Program-made: the position numbers and the translations under genes
In this document: positions 17,609 through 24,460 of the stretch, one piece after another
Layout of the letters: every line of letters begins with the position of its first letter
Numbering within the stretch: the stretch's first letter is position 1
The notes under the pieces: model-generated
Seen by the model: the letters and a program-made list of their open reading frames with translations, nothing else
What the model was told of the DNA's origin: nothing
The model's database searches: none
NCBI RefSeq assembly: GCF_000341395.1
Contig: NC_020304.1
Coordinates: forward strand, 3,090,001 to 3,122,000
Length of the DNA stretch: 32,000 bases
Origin: Desulfocapsa sulfexigens DSM 10523
GTDB lineage: Bacteria > Desulfobacterota > Desulfobulbia > Desulfobulbales > Desulfocapsaceae
Direction: 5' to 3'

Positions 17609-18418
17609 TTATTTATTGTCCTTGTCTTCAGAAAGTCCTTTTACAAGCATGGCACCGGCAAGTCCAAGTATGCCGATATCTTTAGCTTTTCTCATAGCAG
17701 GTTTCACCATTGAAGCCATCATGGCACGTCTTTTAACGCTACCCATGTCAGCAAGTTTTGGTGTGTAGTCTGCAAAGAGAAGCCCCATATCCTTTTTGTT
17801 GCCATAGTAGCGAGAGTTAGGACCAATGTGGCCATCTTGTACTTCAAGGCCTTTGGCACCTTTCTTCACGTACTGTGAAACGGCGGAATTAGGATCATCA
17901 AGATCACCGAAAATACGAGCATCGGCAATACATGTTTGAACACAGGCAGGTACAAGGCCCTGGTCAACACGAGGTTTACAGTAAGTACATTTGTCGACCT
18001 TTCCCTCGCTGTTATCGTCAGCTTGGGCAGGATTAACATAACGTGCGCCGTAAGGACAGGCGTCGGCACAGGCACCACAACCAAGACAACGATCCTTGTC
18101 GACTTGTACTGATCCATCAAATGGATCTTTCCAGGTGGCTGCTACCTCTAGAGTGGTAGTTTTTCCTGTTTTAACATCTGTGAAAGTCCTTTCAACGACA
18201 TCTGCAGGACATTCCTCCACACAGGGTGGTTTGTCACAGTGATTACAAAGTCCGGGATAGTAGGTTGAGGCCATTCCATCATCGGTCATGGTTGGGCCAA
18301 GACGTTTTACCCAGTTACGCTGGTAAGGAACTGGAACTTCCCACTCTGCCCGACAGGCAATAGTGCAGGCATGACAGCCGACACAGCGTTCCAGATCTAT
18401 GATCATTCCATATTGCAT
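17609..18418 (-). CDS. 4x[4Fe-4S] electron-transfer subunit (PsrB/PhsB/DmsB/NrfC-like) with a C-terminal hydrophobic tail
   Basis: Four ferredoxin-type Cys groups (CVGCHACTIAC; CNHCDKPPCVEEC; CLGCGACADAC; CTYC...ACVQTC). AGGAGG lies upstream of the ATG. The C-terminal extension ends ...KDIGILGLAGAMLVKGLSEDKDNK. Confidence 0.9.
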   Translation of the reverse strand: MQYGMIIDLERCVGCHACTIACRAEWEVPVPYQRNWVKRLGPTMTDDGMASTYYPGLCNHCDKPPCVEECPADVVERTFTDVKTGKTTTLEVAATWKDPFDGSVQVDKDRCLGCGACADACPYGARYVNPAQADDNSEGKVDKCTYCKPRVDQGLVPACVQTCIADARIFGDLDDPNSAVSQYVKKGAKGLEVQDGHIGPNSRYYGNKKDMGLLFADYTPKLADMGSVKRRAMMASMVKPAMRKAKDIGILGLAGAMLVKGLSEDKDNK

Positions 18419-18454
18419 TGAATATATCCTCCTGAAAAGGCTTAAAAGATAAGA

Positions 18455-20695
18455 TTAAGCTGGAATATCCAGAACCTTTCCATTTTTGATCAATTTAACA
18501 AAGTTATTTCTCATTCCGTGACATCCGGTTTCAGGGTCAACAGCCAGTTTGGTGATAAGAGAAGTGTCATCTACACCAGCGCCAACACCTATTGTCATAA
18601 GTGGATTGGCACTACCAAAACCGTGGTACATATAAACACAGTCTTTTCTGATACCGGCAGTGACTTTCACTGTGGTGGTGGTAGCGGATTCAACTCCCTC
18701 ACTGTTTACAAAACCAACAGTATCGCCATCAATGAGACCAATTTTCGCGGCAACCTCATCATTCACCCAAACAGGGTTGTCAGGCATGGCATTGTGGAGC
18801 CATACGTTATTCTGACTTCTGTTGAAGGTATGAACAGGGGCACGTCCGTACAACAGTCTGGCAAATCCCTTTGGATTGTCAGGGACTGGTATATAGGTTG
18901 GTGCTCCCGGATGTCCGGTATCAGCGATATCTTCGTTGAAAAGACGGACTTCAAATTCTTCCGGGATTCCGTATGGGTCTTTGCCTGGCTGAATATGGAT
19001 GCCATCTTCAGCTTTCAGTTTCTCAATTGAGAGATTTACAGTGGCCAGGTTCTTGTCAACCATTTCTTCCATGGTTTTTACAGGAATTTTAGCCTCGTGG
19101 CCCATGCGTTTGGCAATTTCATTGGTGATGTAGATCTGATCCTTACGTTCAAACATAGGTGGAACGAGAGGCATACGGGCAGAAATGTACTGCTGATGCT
19201 CCTTGGAGAGATCCCATTGTGTTCCAGTCTTGATATAATCGTAACGCTCAAGATAACTTGCTTCAGGCAAGAGAATGTCAGCCCACGCAGTTACGTCAGT
19301 TGGCATAACATCAACACACATGACGAAATCCATGGCGTTGAAGAGATCTTTCATCATCTGCTGATTTGGGATGGTCTGCATTGGGTTCTGACCCCACACA
19401 ACACAGCTTTTGATTGGGTAGGGTTTGCCTGAAATAGCACAGTCCCGAATGAGGTCGGTTGGGGTTCCAGGGGGATTGTAAGGATAAACCTTTTCGTCCT
19501 CATGATGATCATAATTGAGATCATACTTATGACCATGATCCTCTTTCTTCCAGCTTACACCGCCTACCTTTGGTCCTTTTGCTGGAACCCAGCCACCTTT
19601 TACATAGTAGGCGCCAAGAATTCCGGTGAGACAGGCAAGTGCACGCTCGCGTTGGAAGTCATTTCCATGCCATGAAACGTGACGGCCTGGATGGATTGCG
19701 ACATTTGGCGCATTGGCTGCAAGCATCTCAGCAACTTCTTTGATCTGAGCAGCTGGAATATCACATTCCTTTGCAGCTTTTTCTAAGGTCCATTCTTTTA
19801 TTGATTCAGCAAACTGCTCAAAGCCATCGGTATGATCTTCAACAAACTCCTTGTCATACTTATCGTTCTGTACCAGGTAATTCATGATGGCAAGCATGTA
19901 GGCAGTGTCTGTGCCAGGTTTGATCTGAACCCAGATGTCAGCCTTTGCAGCAGAAGCTGAAAAACGAGGATCAGCAACAATCAGCTTAGCTCCATTTTGC
20001 AAACCTTGAATGTACTGTTTGATGTGAGAAACATGAATGTTTTCACCAAGATGGTCTCCAATAAAAAAGAGAACTTTGGTGTTTGGCATATCAATTTTTT
20101 CACCGGGGGCTTTGCCAATGGTGGCAACGTATGCGGTGTCACGAATACCGCGACACTGAAAAAAAGAAGCCTCGGAGACATTGTGAGTTCCTACGGCACG
20201 CTCAAAATAGTGCATGGGGTATTTTGCTGAAGCACCATGTGGAAAAACACAGATACCTTGAGCACCATATTGATCAACGGTATTTTTCAGCTTGGAGCCA
20301 CATTCATCAAGTGCCTCTTTCCAGGAAATACGTTTCCACTTCGGGGCACCACGCTTTCCGACGTTTTTCATTGGGTACTTCAAACGGTCCACATCATAAA
20401 GCAGTTTAACACCTGCATTACCACGAGCACATATAGCAGTGCCGTTATCAATGGATTTTGGGTTTCCTTCGAGCTTCATCAGGCGGCCGTCACGAACTTT
20501 ACCGACCAGCTGACAACGCCAGAAACACATTTCGCAGATCCCACCCACAACGGTTTGATCGCCAGCAGTACCCGGTGTGTCGAGTGCTGATTTGGTGACA
20601 CCGGTGCTAGCGGAAACAACCTTCGACAGAGGTACCGAGGCTGCTGCCAGGGTTGCCGTCTGAAGGAATTTACGCCTCGTTAGGTTGAAAGCCAT
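18455..20695 (-). CDS. Tat-exported molybdopterin (Mo/W-bisPGD) oxidoreductase catalytic subunit, Psr/Phs/Arr/Ttr-like clade
   Basis: The ATG at 20695 has AGGAGG 9 nt upstream. Twin-arginine signal MAFNLTRRKFLQTATLAAASVP. N-terminal FS0 motif CEMCFWRC...C(ARG). A candidate Mo-ligand Cys in FFQCRGIRD. ~746 aa. No in-frame TGA. Confidence 0.88.
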   Translation of the reverse strand: MAFNLTRRKFLQTATLAAASVPLSKVVSASTGVTKSALDTPGTAGDQTVVGGICEMCFWRCQLVGKVRDGRLMKLEGNPKSIDNGTAICARGNAGVKLLYDVDRLKYPMKNVGKRGAPKWKRISWKEALDECGSKLKNTVDQYGAQGICVFPHGASAKYPMHYFERAVGTHNVSEASFFQCRGIRDTAYVATIGKAPGEKIDMPNTKVLFFIGDHLGENIHVSHIKQYIQGLQNGAKLIVADPRFSASAAKADIWVQIKPGTDTAYMLAIMNYLVQNDKYDKEFVEDHTDGFEQFAESIKEWTLEKAAKECDIPAAQIKEVAEMLAANAPNVAIHPGRHVSWHGNDFQRERALACLTGILGAYYVKGGWVPAKGPKVGGVSWKKEDHGHKYDLNYDHHEDEKVYPYNPPGTPTDLIRDCAISGKPYPIKSCVVWGQNPMQTIPNQQMMKDLFNAMDFVMCVDVMPTDVTAWADILLPEASYLERYDYIKTGTQWDLSKEHQQYISARMPLVPPMFERKDQIYITNEIAKRMGHEAKIPVKTMEEMVDKNLATVNLSIEKLKAEDGIHIQPGKDPYGIPEEFEVRLFNEDIADTGHPGAPTYIPVPDNPKGFARLLYGRAPVHTFNRSQNNVWLHNAMPDNPVWVNDEVAAKIGLIDGDTVGFVNSEGVESATTTTVKVTAGIRKDCVYMYHGFGSANPLMTIGVGAGVDDTSLITKLAVDPETGCHGMRNNFVKLIKNGKVLDIPA

Positions 20696-21260
20696 CTTTG
20701 TCTTCCTCCTTAGTAAAAAAATCAATTAATTGTACAACCACCCTATAAAATGGATGGTGAGCTCCTTTCGTTACCCTGGGGTGAAACTTTTTGTACCAGG
20801 GGCGAAACAGTTTTTTCAAGAACTCCTCTTCTCCGGAGAAGTCGTTTTCTTCGGCAAGAAGTGACAGGAATTCAAGTTCATGAATTAAATGGTCGGGCAG
20901 ATCAGCGCTTTTATCCATTTCAAAGCCTTTGGTATGGTAAAAGGCGAGAGTGTCGCCGGCAAATGTTCCCTGTAAAGATTGGTCCATGTATACGGATCCG
21001 TAAGGGGGTGCAACGACGTGAGGGACTCCATTGATAAAGAGTCTGGTATATTCGACCTGAAGGTCTTCGATTGCATCATCTGTATTGTCAATTGCTTTTT
21101 TGATGGCGATACCATCTTCAACGGCGTCTAAGGTTCCTAGAAAATTGTAGAGGACATTGAAGAATTCATCATTCATCCATTCTTGATCAGGGTACTGCAT
21201 GCACTGAGCAAGGAAACGGTAGACCCGGGCGATATCATTGGAAGGTTCAGTATCTAACAT
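20670..21260 (-). CDS. TorD/DmsD-family redox-enzyme maturation chaperone
   Basis: Typical features: EYTRLFINGVPHVVAPPYGSVY, LAFYHTKGF, PDHLIHELEFLS, and ~196 aa length. Its 3' end overlaps the catalytic-subunit start by 26 nt. Confidence 0.8.
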   Translation of the reverse strand: MLDTEPSNDIARVYRFLAQCMQYPDQEWMNDEFFNVLYNFLGTLDAVEDGIAIKKAIDNTDDAIEDLQVEYTRLFINGVPHVVAPPYGSVYMDQSLQGTFAGDTLAFYHTKGFEMDKSADLPDHLIHELEFLSLLAEENDFSGEEEFLKKLFRPWYKKFHPRVTKGAHHPFYRVVVQLIDFFTKEEDKDGFQPNEA

Positions 21261-21373
21261 GAGTTGTTATATTAAAAGCAGTAGTGTCAAAATAACCTGG
21301 TCTTGAAGAGTTATGTTGCATTAGAGAAACAGTGGTTTCATTCTTCAACTGTAATTGTCACAAAGTAGTGCCT

Positions 21374-21402
21374 AGCATAGCCACATGGAACTATCTTGTC
21401 AA
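21374..21402 (-). promoter_or_regulatory. Candidate sigma-70 promoter for the chaperone/oxidoreductase operon
   Basis: On the minus strand: TTGACA (21402-21397), 17-nt spacer, TATGCT (21379-21374), about 110 nt upstream of the ATG at 21260. Confidence 0.45.
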
Positions 21403-21657
21403 CGAATTGCTGCCCACTAGGCTTGAAAAAACAGGTAGTTGAGAATGATTTGCAATCCTGTGCCATCTGGTACCCTTAATTTTCTGTAAAAATTCATAAA
21501 AAACCTTCCAGTTACAAAGCCTGAAGTAAAGAACTTTCTAAACCTCAATGAGGAGGTTTGTAAAGTAAAATTGTCATGATTGGCGTATCTTGCCAGACTG
21601 TCAATGTGCGATATTTAAATAAAATCATACTTACAAGGTGATGAGGCCTTCTGGACC

Positions 21658-21699
21658 GGTGCAAAATAAATTGCTATCTGGTGCAAAAAAGTTTGCTAT
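21658..21699. promoter_or_regulatory. Two tandem 20-bp repeats, each with an internal dyad (candidate regulator/enhancer binding sites)
   Basis: GGTGCAAAATAAATTGCTAT (21658-21677) and GGTGCAAAAAAGTTTGCTAT (21680-21699), 17/20 identical with a 22-bp period. Internal dyads are GCAA-N6-TTGC and GCAAA-N4-TTTGC. They lie 100-140 bp upstream of the ATG at 21799. Confidence 0.4.
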
Positions 21700-21798
21700 T
21701 ATTTTTGTCATATGTTAGCAATTACACATAAGGGAATAAATGTAGTACTCAGGGCCTGGCAGGGTGGTTTTTGAAATATTTTGAAAGGGAGATTAAAA

Positions 21799-22161
21799 AT
21801 GAAAGGAAAAACAATTTGTTTTGCACTGGGGCTGATAACAATTTTGATTTCGGCGAATTCATTGATAGCAGAAGTTGTAGTAGATCCCACGTATTCAGAA
21901 ATTGATGGTGTTTATTTTTCTGATCCCTCTGTCAACTGTATTGAACTCAAAAACTCTGAGGCCTGCGAGATGTTTAAGGCTGAGGAAATTTATTCCTCAA
22001 GGGATGGAATTTCCTATTCAGATTGTACCATAGAATGTGAGGATATGCTTGAGAGTGATGCATGTTTCAGTTTTCGTGACACCTATCCATGTCCTGGGGA
22101 TTCAGATTCCCTAGTTGCCTCTTTGAGCTCTTTGGAAGACGAAAATCAAACTACAAATTGA
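21799..22161 (+). CDS. Small Sec-exported, acidic, Cys-rich hypothetical protein (120 aa)
   Basis: The ATG at 21799 has GGGAGA upstream. Signal peptide MKGKTICFALGLITILISANSLIA. The mature ~96 aa has 6 Cys and a large excess of Asp/Glu. No family recognised. Confidence 0.6.
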   Translation: MKGKTICFALGLITILISANSLIAEVVVDPTYSEIDGVYFSDPSVNCIELKNSEACEMFKAEEIYSSRDGISYSDCTIECEDMLESDACFSFRDTYPCPGDSDSLVASLSSLEDENQTTN

Positions 22162-22216
22162 GAACAAGTTTGTCATACTACTGCGACAATGTATAAAAAA
22201 TTCTGGGGAGAATAAA

Positions 22217-22633
22217 ATGACTCGAAAAAACATGTTAGTACTTACAGGGCTAGTGATTTTCACTTTTACAACTTGTCTTGCTTTTGCAGCAGAGGATGAG
22301 TGGAGTGATTATGACCCATGTGGCTGGAATGTTGAGAATGAAGGAGTTGGAACAGAGGATGTCGCAGAACTTCAGTGGACGGATTATGACCCTTGTGGTT
22401 GGAATGTTGAGGAAGCTGTGGATGGTTCTGTAGAAGTTGCTGAGCTTGAATGGACAGATTACGATCCATGTGGTTGGAATGTTGAGAATGAAGGAGTTGG
22501 AACAGAGGTTGTCGCAGAACTTCAGTGGACAGATTATGACCCCTGTGGCTGGAATGTTGAAGATGATACCATGAAGTCTGAGGTTGTCGAGGTGTTTGCT
22601 GCTGATACTATGGTAACGGGCTATATGAACTGA
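22217..22633 (+). CDS. Sec-exported acidic tandem-repeat protein (4 x W-[ST]-DYDPCGWNVE)
   Basis: GGGGAG lies upstream of the ATG. Signal peptide with an AFA|A cleavage site. Four 25-aa repeats follow. Synonymous codon differences inside the invariant core support real coding. No family recognised. Confidence 0.75.
   Translation: MTRKNMLVLTGLVIFTFTTCLAFAAEDEWSDYDPCGWNVENEGVGTEDVAELQWTDYDPCGWNVEEAVDGSVEVAELEWTDYDPCGWNVENEGVGTEVVAELQWTDYDPCGWNVEDDTMKSEVVEVFAADTMVTGYMN
22301..22561 (+). repeat. Intragenic 75-nt tandem repeat array (3 full units plus a 36-nt fourth core); units 1 and 3 form a 150-nt higher-order duplication
   Basis: Units start at 22301, 22376, 22451 and 22526, each with TGG. 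Unit 1 and unit 3 are 69/75 nt identical by my count. Confidence 0.9.
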
Positions 22634-22667
22634 TCACCTGTATTTATTATTGACCCTGTTCACATTC

Positions 22668-22740
22668 GGGATATCTGTTTTGTGCGTAGCTCCAGCCCTA
22701 AGTAACGGAGCTGGTCTCAAGAACAGTATCCCGTTTTTTT
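22668..22740 (+). terminator. Probable Rho-independent terminator after the two secreted-protein genes
   Basis: Long composite hairpin GGGATA(T)CTGTT ... AACAGTATCCC (22668-22732) enclosing an inner AGCTCC/GGAGCT stem, followed by GTTTTTTT (22733-22740). Confidence 0.55.
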
Positions 22741-22819
22741 ATGGCATGCTGGTGAGTAGTGCAACTGTGCTTGTTTGAGTAAGAGGAAATGTGGTTTTAT
22801 GTATGCTTCAGCCATGGTT

Positions 22820-24214
22820 TTAGTATGCTGATTTGTCAATAGTAATATTATGTTTTTTAAGGTGCTTCCAAAGAGTAACTCTGGAAATACCGAGAATCCT
22901 GGCGGCCTCTGATTTGTTTCCATTGGCAGCTTTAATGGCTTGCAGCAATTGTTCCCGTCGATTTTGGGATGTGCTGATTTGTGGGGTTCCAAAATGTCCC
23001 GCAGGTTGATTGTCTTTCTGAAATTGCTGAGGAAGGTGTTTAGGGGTAATTTCATCCTCGGGGCATATTACAAAAGTATATTCTATAACATTAATCAGTT
23101 CACGAATGTTTCCTGGCCAGTGATAGTCTACTAAAAGATCAAGGGCATCTTTTCGGATAGTAGTTATATCTTTTTCTATTTTAAGGTTGGCATTGTCGAT
23201 GAATGTTTTAACCAGAAGAGGAATGTCTTCCGGATGGTTTCTCAGTGGGGGGATAGTTATTGGGATAACGCCAATCCTGTAAAAGAGATCTTCCCTGAAT
23301 TTATGCTCAAGCATGAGAGTGTTCAGGTTTTTGTTGGTTGCTGAAATCACACGAACATCTATGGAAATTGGTTGATGGTCTCCAACACGTTCAACTTCCT
23401 GTTCCTGAAGAACTCGCAGGAGTTTGGTTTGCATGCTAAGAGGGAGATCACCGATTTCATCAAGAAAAATTGAACCTTTGTTCGCTGCCTCAAACCGTCC
23501 AGTTCTATCCCTGTCTGCACCCGTAAAGGCCCCTTTAGTATGGCCAAAAAGCTCACTTTCAAGAATGTTTTCGTTTAATGCGGCGCAGTTCACCTTGATA
23601 AAAGGAGATTTTGCGCGTCTGCTCAGCTTGTGGATTGCGCTGGCAACCAACTCTTTTCCTGTGCCACTTTCTCCATAAATAATAATTGGAGCATTGGACA
23701 AAGCTGCACTTTTAATGAGTTCGTACACCTGCTGCATGGTGGAACTGTTTCCAATAAGACCATGAAAGCTGTTACCACGATTAAGTTCTCTGCGGAGATC
23801 ACAGATCTCCTTTTCTTTGTCGATAACTGCAGTGAGGTCAGTGAGGGTCTCGACACCGGCTACGGTAACGCCACTTTTGTCAGTCAGAACCGTTGCATTT
23901 TTCAGGACTTCAACACGGGTACCATTCTTTTGCTTGAAAGAGCAGTGCAGGTCACTCACGTCTCCCTTTCTGAAGAGACTGCATCGTCTTTCCTTGTCCA
24001 CGACATCATGGCCGAAGCAATTGTCGCACTCCAGTATATCACAGGGTTGTCCAAGAAGTTCTTCTCTGCTGTAGTGGAGAAGATCTTCCAGTGCCCTGTT
24101 GACATACAGAATATTTCCCTGAACATCAACGAGCATGAGTCCTTCCTTCATTTTATCTACAACGTCTTTCCAGTTATCACAGAAGTAATCTTTAATCTTT
24201 TCTTTCTGTATCAT
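22820..24214 (-). CDS. Sigma-54-dependent transcriptional activator (PAS, AAA+, Fis-type HTH; no receiver domain)
   Basis: N-terminal PAS (GLMLVDVQGNILYVNRALEDLLHYSREELLG). Walker A GESGTGKE, canonical GAFTGA, Walker B IFLDEIGD, and a C-terminal HTH (KSEAARILGISRVTLWKHLKK). Confidence 0.92.
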   Translation of the reverse strand: MIQKEKIKDYFCDNWKDVVDKMKEGLMLVDVQGNILYVNRALEDLLHYSREELLGQPCDILECDNCFGHDVVDKERRCSLFRKGDVSDLHCSFKQKNGTRVEVLKNATVLTDKSGVTVAGVETLTDLTAVIDKEKEICDLRRELNRGNSFHGLIGNSSTMQQVYELIKSAALSNAPIIIYGESGTGKELVASAIHKLSRRAKSPFIKVNCAALNENILESELFGHTKGAFTGADRDRTGRFEAANKGSIFLDEIGDLPLSMQTKLLRVLQEQEVERVGDHQPISIDVRVISATNKNLNTLMLEHKFREDLFYRIGVIPITIPPLRNHPEDIPLLVKTFIDNANLKIEKDITTIRKDALDLLVDYHWPGNIRELINVIEYTFVICPEDEITPKHLPQQFQKDNQPAGHFGTPQISTSQNRREQLLQAIKAANGNKSEAARILGISRVTLWKHLKKHNITIDKSAY

Positions 24215-24460
24215 AGGGCGATGGTAAGCTCTTTTGGAGTGTTAAAATTCTGTTAAGTTGTTAAGGGAGGTTAACAGAAAAAAAATATTATAGCCATTGA
24301 TAAGTGTTGTTTGTCGTATTGTCGTTCAGCTTGTTCTGTTCTAAATAATAGGGTGTCTCTGTTTGCCTGGAGTTTTCCTTCGTTTCCAGATAAATGAATA
24401 AATGCTTAACAAGGTGCTGCTGTAAAAAAAAAGTTTCTATTTGCCAGGTAGTATGAAAAA

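Noticed and set aside
18455-20695. Formate dehydrogenase-N-like or selenocysteine-containing enzyme (the tail-anchored FeS subunit recalls FdnH)
   Set aside because: The catalytic ORF is uninterrupted, with no in-frame TGA. At ~746 aa it is much shorter than FdnG. Its CEMCxxRC N-terminal motif and overall look fit the Psr/Phs/Arr/Ttr clade better. This still needs a phylogeny.
20696-20725. Longer N-termini offered by the ORF track: 20725 for the Mo subunit, 7216 for the exported protein, 21781 for secreted protein 1, and 11395 for the Lys-rich protein
   Set aside because: The extensions start at non-ATG or RBS-less codons. The internal ATGs (20695, 7180, 21799, 11344) each have a Shine-Dalgarno at proper spacing and give sensible Tat or Sec signal peptides or protein starts.
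21757-21774. TGGCAG-GGTGG-TTTTTGA upstream of the first secreted-protein gene as a sigma-54 promoter
   Set aside because: The -24 block is acceptable and the spacing is right, but the -12 position reads TT instead of the essential GC.
22717-23055. 112-aa minus-strand ORF overlapping the 3' end of the sigma-54 activator
   Set aside because: It is in an alternative frame of a strongly supported CDS and runs through the upstream terminator.
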